64,000 nt of DNA from a bacterium (GCA_965218795.1 OZ244653.1:3616001-3680000); one strand, 5' to 3'. Shown: positions 40,666 through 50,380, counted from the stretch's first letter. Program-made: numbers and translations. The notes: generated by a model not told the origin, from the sequence alone.

Positions 40666-41294
40666 GGTCGGTCTCCTCGTTTGAAATCATACCCTCCGCG
40701 CTCGCACTCCGCAGTTTAGCAGGCATCGCAAAAAAGGAAAACCAGGGTCCGGGCGTTTTCTATGGTGTTTGCCGAGGGGAGGGTGTATAATTCTTTGACA
40801 CTGAAGCTTCTGATATGGATCTCTGAACCGATCCGGATTTCCGGGGTCCAAATCGCGGGAAGTTCTCAAGGAGCCCGCAACCATGACGAAAATTCCTGTC
40901 CGAAACGACTCTTTATGGGTGCAAGAGATTGGCCGGGTCACGCCGCGCAGGCTAATGAAATTCCGGACGCGCGGCAGGCCTTCAGGCCGGCGGACAGGGA
41001 TTTCGAGCAAGAATCCCGCCTAGGTACAACCCCAGAGCAGACTCGAATCGAAATCCCTGATTCTTTTGGATTGGGAGGAAGGCCGCCCGTTTTCGGACCG
41101 GCATTTTCGTCAATCCTGCAAGGCGCAGGCTTCTATTGCAGGGATTCAGGATTGAAACCGTGAAAACCATCGAAGAAAAGGCGGATGAGAGGCGCCCCCA
41201 GCCGATGCTTCCGGGAGAAGGTTTGAGCATCCCGGGGAAAGGCGACCCGGGCATGGCCCGGAGGAGCGTCTCTCAGCCGGGATAATGGATCACC

Positions 41295-41663
41295 ATGGCA
41301 AAAAGAAAATCAAGGGAAAGGGCGACCGTCAAGGTCTTCCGATACGATCCCGACGTCAACAAAGAACCCCATTTCGACACCTATGAGGTCCCCTACGACG
41401 CTCAAAACAGCGTCCTTCAGGTTTTGACGGACATCCGCGAACAGCAGGACCCCACCCTGGCCGTGCGCGAGTCCTGCTGGGTCGGCTGCTGTCTCATCTG
41501 TACCTATCGCGTCAACGGGAGATCGGAGGTCACCTGCCGGACGCGGATGGAGAAGGAGATGGTCATCGAGCCGCTGAAGAAGGAGCGGGTGGTCCGCGAC
41601 CTGATTCAGCTCGAACGAATGGACGTGGTTGACGGACGCGACGAGGCCGAAGAGGAAGAGTAG
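41295..41663 (+). CDS. 2Fe-2S protein equal to the N-terminal domain of SdhB/FrdB only
   Basis: VFRYDP..YEVP..SVLQVL..DPTLAVRESCWVGCCLIC..VNG....TC..IEPL...VVRDL then stop; no 4Fe-4S/3Fe-4S motifs. Confidence 0.85.
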   Translation: MAKRKSRERATVKVFRYDPDVNKEPHFDTYEVPYDAQNSVLQVLTDIREQQDPTLAVRESCWVGCCLICTYRVNGRSEVTCRTRMEKEMVIEPLKKERVVRDLIQLERMDVVDGRDEAEEEE

Positions 41664-41684
41664 CCCCCGGCCCGTGGGAAGGGA

Positions 41685-43478
41685 GTGATCAAGATGCGAA
41701 TCAACGGTACGAACGTGAGGGTGGTCGAGACGGACCTGCTCATCATCGGAACCGAGGCGACCGGCGGGAAGGCGGCCCTGGAGGCGGCCGAGAAGTTTCC
41801 GGAATGCCGAATCACCGTCGTCAATAAGCAGGTGATCGCGCGGAGCGCGGTCACGATCACCGCCGTGGCCACGTATAACGCTGCGGTGAATCCATACGAC
41901 GACCCCGACACTCACACAGCGGACACGATCAACGGCGGCTCGCACCTGGCGGACCAGACCCTCGCCAAACTGATGTGCGATGTCGGGGTGCAATGCGTGC
42001 ACGAGCTGGAGGCCTGGGGCTGCCGGTTCGCCCGGCAGGAGAAGAATCCGGAGTTGTACGACTGCTTCGAGTATCCGGGACATTCGAAGGCCAGAGGCGC
42101 TTACACGTTTCCCTACGGCACGACAGGCCGGAAGATGGTCCAGATCATGAAGCGGCAAATCTTCAAGCAGCCCAACATCACGGTCATGAACGACGTGTAC
42201 ATCTCCGACATGCTCATGGCCGACGGCAAGTGCGTGGGGGCGGTCGGCGTTTGTCTGGTCGAGACCCGGCCTGTCGTCATTCGGGCCAAGGCGGTCATCA
42301 TCGGCGCGGGCGGCGGGATGGAGATCTTCAAGAACAGCGATGCCGCCCGCGATGCTGTGGGCAACGGTTACGGCTGGGCCTACCGGGCGGGGAGCACCCT
42401 GGTCGACATGGAGCTCTGCCAGTTCTTCCCCACCAATGTCGTCACGCCGAAGACCATGTACGCCCAACAGCCGGTGGCCGTCATCCGTTACGCCCTCGGG
42501 GCGCGTCTTTACAACAGCAAGGGCGAGCGGTTCATGCACCGGTATGATCCCGTCCGGGGCGAATACAGCACCCGGGATCTCACCTCGCGCGCCATGTGGA
42601 TGGAAATTCTGGAAGGGCGGGGCGGGCCCAACGGCGGCGTCTACCTGTCGGTCGCCCATCTTCCCGACAACCTGATTGACGACTGGGTCGCCAAGAACAA
42701 TCCCGGGTACAATTTCGGGGGCGTGAAGCTCGAGGAGGAAGGCGTCGATATCAAGCACGATGCCTTGGAGGTCGCTCCCATGGCGCACTTCTATCTGGGC
42801 GGGATCAAGATCAACGGCCGTTGCGAGACCGACATCCCCGGTATGTACGCCGGAGGGGAGGTCGCGGGCAACGTTCACGGGGCCAACCGGCTCGGCGGCA
42901 ACGCCCTCACCGATTGCCAGGTCTTCGGCAAAATCGCCGGGGCGGAGGCGGCCGGGTACGCGTCGAAGGAAGAAGGGTACGGGGCGGTCAATGAAGACCA
43001 GGTGAAAGACCTGGTCGAGAAGATCGATGCCCTGTACGCCCGCGAAAACGGAACCCCGCCTCATGAAACGCGGAACAGAATCCGTGACGCCATGTACGAG
43101 GTCAGCCTGGTCAAGCACGGCGACTGGATCGAGAATGCCATGGGCATTCTGAAGGAAGTGAGAGAGAATGAACTTCCCGCGCCGGTCCTGGTCGGGAAGA
43201 GCAAGACCTTCAGCAAGGAGCTCATGCTGGCCCTGGAGAACGAGGATCTTTTATTGACGGCCGAACTTCACCTCAAGGGGGCCCTGATGCGGGAAGAGAC
43301 CCGGGGCGCCCAGTGCCGGCTCGATTTTCCGGATACCGACAACGAGAACTGGTGCAAGAACATCCACTACCGAAAAGACGGGGACGACGTGGAAATCTGG
43401 ACCGAAGACGTGGACCTCCACTTCTACAAGCCGGATTGGTATCTGGAAAAGGAGAAAGAGACCGCCGGCGCAGTGTAA
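41685..43478 (+). CDS. Succinate dehydrogenase/fumarate reductase-family flavoprotein, atypical
   Basis: DMELCQFFPT, GERFM, STRDL, AHFYLGGI, GMYAGGEVAGNVHGANRLGGNAL, REETRGAQCRLDFP. Confidence 0.85.
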   Translation: MIKMRINGTNVRVVETDLLIIGTEATGGKAALEAAEKFPECRITVVNKQVIARSAVTITAVATYNAAVNPYDDPDTHTADTINGGSHLADQTLAKLMCDVGVQCVHELEAWGCRFARQEKNPELYDCFEYPGHSKARGAYTFPYGTTGRKMVQIMKRQIFKQPNITVMNDVYISDMLMADGKCVGAVGVCLVETRPVVIRAKAVIIGAGGGMEIFKNSDAARDAVGNGYGWAYRAGSTLVDMELCQFFPTNVVTPKTMYAQQPVAVIRYALGARLYNSKGERFMHRYDPVRGEYSTRDLTSRAMWMEILEGRGGPNGGVYLSVAHLPDNLIDDWVAKNNPGYNFGGVKLEEEGVDIKHDALEVAPMAHFYLGGIKINGRCETDIPGMYAGGEVAGNVHGANRLGGNALTDCQVFGKIAGAEAAGYASKEEGYGAVNEDQVKDLVEKIDALYARENGTPPHETRNRIRDAMYEVSLVKHGDWIENAMGILKEVRENELPAPVLVGKSKTFSKELMLALENEDLLLTAELHLKGALMREETRGAQCRLDFPDTDNENWCKNIHYRKDGDDVEIWTEDVDLHFYKPDWYLEKEKETAGAV

Positions 43479-43580
43479 TCCGGGAACGACGGTATCCAGG
43501 GAGCGGACGGAGGTCTGCCCCGGAGGCGAATCGGATCCGGACGAAGCCATTCATGAATTCGGAGACAGAGGAGATAGCCC

Positions 43581-44255
43581 ATGGCGCGCGATATGCTTGA
43601 ATCCCTGGCCAATAAGATCGACCCGAAGAATGCCGCTTTGCTGATTGTGGACGTCCAGAATGACTTTGCCGCGGAAGGCGGAATGATGGACCGTGAAGGG
43701 AACGACCTGTCGATGTCCCAGGGGATCATCCCCCGGTTGCAGCAGCTCATCGACGAAGCCCATGAGGCGGACGTTCCCATCATTTTTATCCGCAACGTCT
43801 ACAACACCGACGCCAACTGGTATCTCTCCGACGTCTGGCTCGAGCAGGCCAAGCGCGTGCGCCAGGGCAGCTACGTCATCCATTCCGTTTGCGCGCCGGA
43901 TTCCTGGGCGGGGGATTTCTATGAGATCCGGCCGACCGAGAAGGACGTCATTGTCACCAAGCACCGGTTCAGCGCCTTCCAGGACACCGACCTCGACCTG
44001 ATCCTCCGCAGCCGGGGGATCCGCACGCTCATCATGACGGGCATCGCCACCAACGTCTGCGTGGAGAGCACGGCCCGGGACGGGTTTTTCCGGGATTATT
44101 ACATCGTCTTCACCTCGGACTGTACGGCCACCTATTCGAAGGAAGACCACGAGGGTACGTTGAACAACATTCGGCGGTTCTTCGGAGAAGTCGTCACGGC
44201 GGACGAGGTGGCGGGCGCCTGGAAGGGCGCGGCGGTCAAGGCGGCGACGTCCTAG
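43581..44255 (+). CDS. Isochorismatase-family cysteine hydrolase (RutB-like)
   Basis: ALLIVDVQNDF, KHRFSAF..TDLD..LRSRGI, TGIATNVCVESTARD (D-K-C triad). Confidence 0.88.
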   Translation: MARDMLESLANKIDPKNAALLIVDVQNDFAAEGGMMDREGNDLSMSQGIIPRLQQLIDEAHEADVPIIFIRNVYNTDANWYLSDVWLEQAKRVRQGSYVIHSVCAPDSWAGDFYEIRPTEKDVIVTKHRFSAFQDTDLDLILRSRGIRTLIMTGIATNVCVESTARDGFFRDYYIVFTSDCTATYSKEDHEGTLNNIRRFFGEVVTADEVAGAWKGAAVKAATS

Positions 44256-44321
44256 CCGGTCCGGTTATCCCGAATGGGGGGGAGGGCCGCGATGAAGTCC
44301 AGCGGTCCCGACGAGAGCTCC

Positions 44322-44366
44322 GGGGGGACATTTTGAAAACCGTCCCCCCTCGAAAACTTTCGTTTC
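44322..44366 (-). repeat. Partial copy of the GGGGGACATTTTGAAAA hairpin module
   Basis: ggggggacattttgaaaaccgtccccctcgaaaactttcgtttc is the reverse complement of 49848-49899 with a short internal deletion. Confidence 0.7.
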
Positions 44367-44859
44367 CCAATCGTGGCGGGCATAAAGGCCCGCCACGATT
44401 GGAATAAGCGCAAAACCCGGGCGGACACTTTTGATGATTGCCGCGAAGCGTCCCGAACGGCGTGAGGGAGCTATCAAGCTCGAAACTTTTTGTTTTTGAA
44501 CGGATTGACAAAAAATTCCCCTATTGGAAGAAGGTTCTTCGCGCGGCTCGATGACTTCGGGTCGTTGACCCCTCGCTCAGAATGACATGGGGGCTGCATC
44601 ACGGGCCTCGACATCGTTTTTCCGCAGCCTGTCATGCGCTCCTCCCCGATTTCAGCCCTCTTCAATTTTTTTTGAACCCTTTTTGCCGTAATACCCTTCA
44701 AACATGCCGCTCCCGTATGGGACAATTGTGCGGCCGGGTGAATCCATGATCTCCGTGGTTCCGCGCGATTGATTCCGGCATGAGGAGGAATTGCGGGCGG
44801 CCTCCTGTTGACGACTTCATCGTTTGAGGCCCCGGTCTGTGTCTGGGAAGAGATATTCG

Positions 44860-46254
44860 ATGGCAAAGATTCTCATTGGAACCGGTACGGTCATCACGAT
44901 GGATGCCAAGCGGCGAATCATCAAGAACGGGGCCGTTCTCGTCGAGAATGATCGAATCGCCTGGGTGGGGAAGGCTTCAAGGATCAAACCGGAAGCGGCC
45001 GGCGGGGCCAGGAAGATCAACGCCGACGGAAAGATCATCATGCCCGGGCTGATCGATGCCCACGTCCACAACGTTCAGTCCCTCGCCCGGGGTCTCGGCG
45101 ACGACATCGATCTCATCGATTGGATCCACGAGCGGATCTATCCCTACGAAGCGGCCATGACGCCCCAGGATACCTACTGGAGCGCCATGTTGGCCTGCGT
45201 GGAAATGGTGCGCACGGGAACCACCTGCGTGGCCGACCCGGGCAGTTATTTGATGGACGACGTCGCGCGCGCCTGGGTGGATTTCGGAATGCGGGGGATG
45301 CTGTGCTGGGCCGGAGCCGATCAGTGGAGCCGGGACCGGCGGCTGGAGAAGGGGTTTCGCGGCAGGCTGAACACCGACGAGACCATGGAAGCGGAAGAAG
45401 TCCTCATCGAGCGCTGGCACGGAAAGGCCAAAGGGCGCATCCGCGCCTCGGCGGGCGTCCGCGTGGAGCCGAACTGTTCCCCCGAACTGCTGAAGCGCTG
45501 CGACGCCCTCGCGAAACAGAAAGACCTCATCGTGCAATTTCACGCCTGTGTGAATTGGGATCAGGTGAACTGGGTGAAGCGGCGATGGGGGAAACCGACC
45601 ATCGAGTGGATGGACTCCCTTGGCGTACTCAGCGACCGCTGGCTGTTGACCCACATGTCGGCTGTCACCGATCGCGACGTGGACCTGGTGAAAAGGCGCA
45701 GCGTCAGCGTCTGCCACAATCTGGGCGCCACGCTCCACGGGGCCTACGGGGCCGTCTCCGGGGGAAAGTTTCCCGAGATGATCGAGGGGGGCGTCACCGT
45801 CGTCCTGGGGTGCGACAGCACCGCGGCCAGCAACAGCCTCGACATGTTCCGGGCCATGCATCAGGTGGCCACCTGCCACAAAGAGGCCCGGATGATCCCG
45901 GACCTCATCCTTCCCGAGAAGGCCCTGGAGATGACGACCGTGGATGCCGCCAAGGCTCTGAGGTGGGAGGAGATCGGCTCGCTTGAGAAGGGCAGGAAGG
46001 CGGACCTGATCGTGGTGGACGGGACCAAGACGAACTGGACGCCGAGTTACGATTTCGCCCTTGTGCCGAACCTGGTCTACTCCGGGGAAGGACGGGACGT
46101 GGAGACCGTTCTGATCGACGGGAAGGTGGTCTACAAGGACCGGAAGTTCACCACGGTGAACGAAGCGGAGGTCAACCGGGAGGCGCAAAAAGCCGGCGAG
46201 CGCATATTGCGGCGCCTTCCCTACAGGCTCAAGCCGCGGTGGCCGCTCGTGTGA
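44860..46254 (+). CDS. Metal-dependent amidohydrolase (MTA/SAH deaminase, TrzA/AtzA group)
   Basis: MPGLIDAHVH, GTT, QFHACVN, LTHM, LGCDS, IGSLEKGRKADL. Confidence 0.85.
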   Translation: MAKILIGTGTVITMDAKRRIIKNGAVLVENDRIAWVGKASRIKPEAAGGARKINADGKIIMPGLIDAHVHNVQSLARGLGDDIDLIDWIHERIYPYEAAMTPQDTYWSAMLACVEMVRTGTTCVADPGSYLMDDVARAWVDFGMRGMLCWAGADQWSRDRRLEKGFRGRLNTDETMEAEEVLIERWHGKAKGRIRASAGVRVEPNCSPELLKRCDALAKQKDLIVQFHACVNWDQVNWVKRRWGKPTIEWMDSLGVLSDRWLLTHMSAVTDRDVDLVKRRSVSVCHNLGATLHGAYGAVSGGKFPEMIEGGVTVVLGCDSTAASNSLDMFRAMHQVATCHKEARMIPDLILPEKALEMTTVDAAKALRWEEIGSLEKGRKADLIVVDGTKTNWTPSYDFALVPNLVYSGEGRDVETVLIDGKVVYKDRKFTTVNEAEVNREAQKAGERILRRLPYRLKPRWPLV

Positions 46255-46345
46255 CAGCGGCGGGTCCGGACGGAAGATCCGGAGAAATGCCCCTCATTTG
46301 ACTTGATCTGCGGGGCGGTCTGCGGTCCTGCATGAACGGCAATCC

Positions 46346-46379
46346 AAAAAAGCCCCGCACGGTTTCCCGCGCGAGGCTC
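46346..46379 (-). terminator. Rho-independent terminator of the LLM gene
   Basis: Minus strand gagcctcgcgcgg-gaaa-ccgtgcggggctt followed by a T-run, about 20 nt after the stop. Confidence 0.75.
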
Positions 46380-46400
46380 GATGACTTCGGCTCCTCCGGT

Positions 46401-47411
46401 CTAATTCGGCGCGAACAAATCCAGCAGTCTTTGCGCCTGATGCGGCTGGGCCGGCCGGACCACTGGAAGCTGAACACCCGCCTCGCGGAACTTCTCCACC
46501 CGCGCCAACACCTGCTCCGGGGTCCCCGAGGCCGTGAGATTTTCCACGTAGGATTCCGGAATCGTCTTGGCGAGCAGTTCTTTGCCCCCCGTTTCCTCCG
46601 CCTCGCGGAACTTCGGAAAGTCCTCCTTGTTGAGCCACGGGTCTCCGACGCGGATGCGCTGCCCGGCGTTGAAATCGATCTGGATCCGGTTGAACTTGCT
46701 GGCGACCTCCCAGCGAATCTGCTCGATGGCTTCGTCGCGGCTGTCTTCAACCGACGATACGATGATGCAGCCGACCCCGAAATCGCTGAAATCCCTCCCG
46801 GCGGCTTCGCAGGATTCCTTGCAGATCCGGATGGCGTTCTGGATGTACTCGGGCGAGGTGATTGCGTTGAGCATGACGCCGTCGCCGATCTCGCCGGCAA
46901 GCTTCAGTCCGGTCTTGCTCGTGGCCGCCACCCACATGGGAATGTGCTCCCGGTAGGGCTTCCACGCCAGCTCGGCCCGGTCCAGCTTGATGGTTTCCCC
47001 TTCCCAGACAATCTGCTTCTCGCCCCGGAGGAACTTGCGGATGACTTCGACGTAGTCCTTGAGGGACCCCACCGGGTCTTCGGGCTCGAGGGAGTTCCAG
47101 ACGGCATGGGTCCGTGTGCAGGCACCGGGGGCCAGGATGAAGCGACCTTCGGAGAGCTCGTCGATCGTGGCCACGGTCTGGGCGTGGATGATCGGTGTCC
47201 TCAGCCGGACGATCTGCGTGCAGCCGATGTTGATCTTTTTGGTGGCCAAGGCGAAGGCCGCCATCGCCGAGACGGAGTCGCGCATCACCTCGATGGTTTC
47301 CGAAAAAAAACCCATCTCATAGCCGCGCTCGTCGGCCTGTCGGACGAAATCCGCCATCTCGCGGACGTTCAATTTGGGCGAGTAACCCTGAGCAAAGCCG
47401 ATTCTTGTCAT
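46401..47411 (-). CDS. LLM-class flavin-dependent oxidoreductase (Mer-like)
   Basis: RD....AAFALATKKI..G..RTP...AQTVATIDELSEGRFIL..G, IPMWVAA....LKLAGEIGDGV, GTPEQV. Confidence 0.85.
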   Translation of the reverse strand: MTRIGFAQGYSPKLNVREMADFVRQADERGYEMGFFSETIEVMRDSVSAMAAFALATKKINIGCTQIVRLRTPIIHAQTVATIDELSEGRFILAPGACTRTHAVWNSLEPEDPVGSLKDYVEVIRKFLRGEKQIVWEGETIKLDRAELAWKPYREHIPMWVAATSKTGLKLAGEIGDGVMLNAITSPEYIQNAIRICKESCEAAGRDFSDFGVGCIIVSSVEDSRDEAIEQIRWEVASKFNRIQIDFNAGQRIRVGDPWLNKEDFPKFREAEETGGKELLAKTIPESYVENLTASGTPEQVLARVEKFREAGVQLPVVRPAQPHQAQRLLDLFAPN

Positions 47412-47570
47412 TGAATTCAAATCCTTTTCCACCGGCCCCCACGGATCGGTTGATGGGACGGAACAGAGGCCCACGCCTCTACGCCGCCGGCTCCGGGGAG
47501 CACGCAACGCTCCGCCCTCGTAATTTGGCCGAAATTGACCATTAGGCTGGAAACAAAGAACCTTCTTCTA

Positions 47571-47971
47571 CCCTTTGAGAGGATCGCTGTCAAGCCGTTC
47601 TGGGGCTGAGTGGTTCCCGGTTTCCTGGGGAGGTCGGTCTGGGGTACGTATTGGAGGCAACGCGCCTTTGCGAGCTCACGGCGCCTGGAGGCGCCGCCGC
47701 CGCGCTCAAAAAGAGCATCGGATATCGACAACTCGAATGCGCGGCGAAAACGGAGCAGGCCGCGCCTGCCCCTTTGAGGAGGTCGCTGTCAAGCCGTTCG
47801 GGGGCTGAGTGACTCCCGGTTTCCTGGGGAGGTCGGTCTGGGGTGCGTTTTGGAGGCAACGCGCCTTTGCGAACCCACGGCGCCTGGAGGCGCCGCAGCC
47901 GCGCTCAAAAAGAGCATCGGATATCGACAACTCAAATGCGCGGCGAAAACGGAGCAGGCCGCGCCTGCCCC
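47571..47971 (+). repeat. Tandem duplication, 2 x 199 bp, containing the dispersed repeat
   Basis: Units start ccctttgag at 47571 and 47770; about 12 substitutions counted by eye. Confidence 0.95.
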
Positions 47972-48009
47972 CCGAACGACTGAGCAGACAGGGCGGGGCT
48001 GCATTCCCG

Positions 48010-48089
48010 TAGAACAGGTTCTGTTTCATAAATCCGCACAAGCCGGTAAAATCACGCCTTCACACGTTGCCGAAAACAGACCTGTTCTA
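48010..48089. mobile_element. 80-bp MITE-like element
   Basis: tagaacaggttctgtttc ... gaaaacagacctgttcta imperfect terminal inverted repeats. Confidence 0.4.
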
Positions 48090-48101
48090 TCGGGGGTGAA
48101 A

Positions 48102-49691
48102 ATGGCGTCCTATGACGGAATCATTGTAGGAAGCGGCCACAATGGCCTGATCTGCGGGAGCTACTTGGCGCGGGCGGGGAAGAAGGTCCTCATCGTTGAA
48201 CGGAACGACCGCGTCGGCGGCGGGCTCCTGACCGAGGAAGCCATCCTGCCCGGGTTTCATCACAACCTGCACGCCAACTTCTTCATGGGTGTGGAGCTGT
48301 CGCCTTACTACGACGACCTTGAGCTGGCGAAGCACGGGTTCGAGATCATTTTCCCGCCCGTCCAGCACGGAATCGCATTCCCCGACGGCACCGGAATGTG
48401 CATCCACCAGAACCCCGAGAAAACGGCGGCGTCCATCGCCCGGTTTTCGAAAAAAGACGCGGATAACTACCGGGAGATCCACGCGAACTTCACCCTGGGG
48501 ATGCGGAATTTTATCACGTCTTCCATGTTCACCTGTCCGCTGCCGCCTGCGGAGATGGCGGATCGCCTCAATGGTGAAATCGGAGAGGAAGTCAAAGCGT
48601 ACAACCGGATGACGATGTATGAGGCCGTCGAAAAAAATTTCGAGGAGGCCCACGTCCGCACACTGTTCAAGCTCTGGTTCCATATTCTCGCCCTGGAGAA
48701 CGACCCCGGCACGGGCTCGTTCTTCCCCCGCGTCTTTTCACGGATGGACCGGTTCTCCCTGGTGAAGGGCGGGTCCGTTCACTTCGCCGACGTTCTCGCC
48801 GAAGTCTTCCGAAAAAACGGCGGCGAGATCCGCCAGGGGGTGCACGTCTCGGCCATTACGCATCAGAACGGCAAGGTCTCGGGCGTTCGCCTCGAGGACG
48901 GGTCCGCCATCGAGGCGAATGAATTCGTCGTCAGTACGGTCGACCCGCCGCAGACGCTCCGAATGGTGGGGGACGATGGGTTCGGCCCGGAGACCTCGGA
49001 AAAGCTGCGTCACTTCAAGCCCTCGCCCCACGCCATCTGCACGCTTCACCTGGCCCTGAATGAGCCGCCGGAGTATTCGGCCGCCGCGTTCGACCCCGAC
49101 CTGAACCGGGCATTCAATATGTTCGTCGGCGTCGAGGACGAGGAAACCCTGGAAGAAAATTTCGAGGCGACGATTCACGGCCAGTTTCCGCCCTTCCCCA
49201 TGGGCAACGGGGCCTGCAACTCGCTGTTCGATCCCTCCTATGCGCCTCCCGGCAAGCACGTCGCCTTCTGGTGGCCGTTCGTCCCCTATGCAGTCGGCGA
49301 TGAGGGTCCGGATTATTGGGACAACAACCGCAAGGAGGTCACGGATCGGCTGCTGGAGGTGTGGCGCGCCTACGCGCCGAACCTGGATGGAAAGAACGTC
49401 CTGGGTACGCATTTGTTCACGCCCCTCGATACGGAACGAAGCTGTATCAACATGATCCGGGGCAGTCACCACGTTGGGGCCTACACGCTGGACCAGGTCG
49501 GCTACAACCGGCCGACGCCCGAGCTCTCCCACTACCGCACGCCGGTCGAGGGCGTATACATGGCCGGATCGGGAAACCACGTGGGAGGGTCGATCAACGG
49601 AGCCGCAGGATACAATGCGGCCGGCGTGATCGCGGACGATCTGGGCGTCAGGAAGTGGTGGACGCCGGTCCCCGAACCGGCATTGGCTTGA
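48102..49691 (+). CDS. Phytoene dehydrogenase-like NAD(P)/FAD oxidoreductase
   Basis: IIVGSGHNGLICGSYLARAG..ER....GG, APPGKH, TPLD.ER, YRTPVEGVYMAGS..H.GG.I.GAAGYNAA. Confidence 0.85.
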   Translation: MASYDGIIVGSGHNGLICGSYLARAGKKVLIVERNDRVGGGLLTEEAILPGFHHNLHANFFMGVELSPYYDDLELAKHGFEIIFPPVQHGIAFPDGTGMCIHQNPEKTAASIARFSKKDADNYREIHANFTLGMRNFITSSMFTCPLPPAEMADRLNGEIGEEVKAYNRMTMYEAVEKNFEEAHVRTLFKLWFHILALENDPGTGSFFPRVFSRMDRFSLVKGGSVHFADVLAEVFRKNGGEIRQGVHVSAITHQNGKVSGVRLEDGSAIEANEFVVSTVDPPQTLRMVGDDGFGPETSEKLRHFKPSPHAICTLHLALNEPPEYSAAAFDPDLNRAFNMFVGVEDEETLEENFEATIHGQFPPFPMGNGACNSLFDPSYAPPGKHVAFWWPFVPYAVGDEGPDYWDNNRKEVTDRLLEVWRAYAPNLDGKNVLGTHLFTPLDTERSCINMIRGSHHVGAYTLDQVGYNRPTPELSHYRTPVEGVYMAGSGNHVGGSINGAAGYNAAGVIADDLGVRKWWTPVPEPALA

Positions 49692-49696
49692 AGTCC

Positions 49697-49900
49697 TTGG
49701 GGACGGGCGCAACGGCAACGTGCCGCTCCGATTTCGCCTCCCTGCGGGCGGCAGAGGCGGGCGGATAGAAACATCCTCCCCTGTGGCCAGGGACGTTATT
49801 CGGTCGCAGGGGCCGGTTTCCGTATCGGCCCGTCATTCTTGTTGGACGAAACGAAAGTTTTCGAGGGGGTCTGGGGGACAGTTTTCAAAATGTCCCCCAG
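49697..49900 (+). repeat. Composite ~200-bp repeat element
   Basis: ggcaacgtgccgctccgatttcgc near the left end; aaagttttcgagggggtctgggggacagttttcaaaatgtcccccag at the right end. Confidence 0.6.
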
Positions 49901-49930
49901 AATCCCTTCTCAGAGAGAAAGGGATAGCCA

Positions 49931-50335
49931 ATGACCCGAACCGCCGTCAATCCCGCAGCCATCGGTGTGCCGGTGGCGCCTTATTCGCACGCCATCAAGA
50001 CCACCGGGAGCGAGATCCTCTTTCTCGCCGGTCAGGTGCCGATCGACAAAGACGGAAGCACCGTCGGTGTCGGAGATTTCGAAGCCCAGGCCCGTTGCGT
50101 CTTCGATTTGCTGACCGAAATCCTGAAAGCCGGCGGAATGGATTGGGGAAACGTGGCGAAGTTGAACGTATTCATGACGCGCCGGGAGGATCGGGAAAGG
50201 ATCACCGCCCTGCGGGAGGAATTGTTTTCCGAATGGTTCCCCAGCGGCGATTACCCCATCAGCACGCTGCTCTTCATCTCCGGTCTTTACCGTGAAGAGT
50301 TTCTGATTGAGATTGAGGCCATCGCCGTCCGCTGA
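49931..50335 (+). CDS. RidA/YjgF-family protein (copy 1)
   Basis: PYSHA, LFLAGQVP, QA..VF, YPISTL, LIEIEAIA. Confidence 0.88.
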   Translation: MTRTAVNPAAIGVPVAPYSHAIKTTGSEILFLAGQVPIDKDGSTVGVGDFEAQARCVFDLLTEILKAGGMDWGNVAKLNVFMTRREDRERITALREELFSEWFPSGDYPISTLLFISGLYREEFLIEIEAIAVR

Positions 50336-50380
50336 GCGCGGACCCGGTGGGCATTTCGAAAACCCTCGGGGTGGCTTTCT

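Noticed and set aside
41685-43478. Calling this sdhA, frdA, nadB or aprA
   Set aside because: Key His residues differ, the Fe-S partner is truncated and no anchor or AprB-type subunit is adjacent
44264-44330. SAM-I riboswitch-like start (ttatc..ga..gg.ggaggg..gatgaa) upstream of a SAH/MTA deaminase-like gene
   Set aside because: No GCAACC/GGTGC P3 elements and no closing P1 strand; it runs straight into a repeat module
47571-47971. Possible CRISPR array
   Set aside because: Two near-identical 199-bp units with no unique spacers and no cas genes in the window
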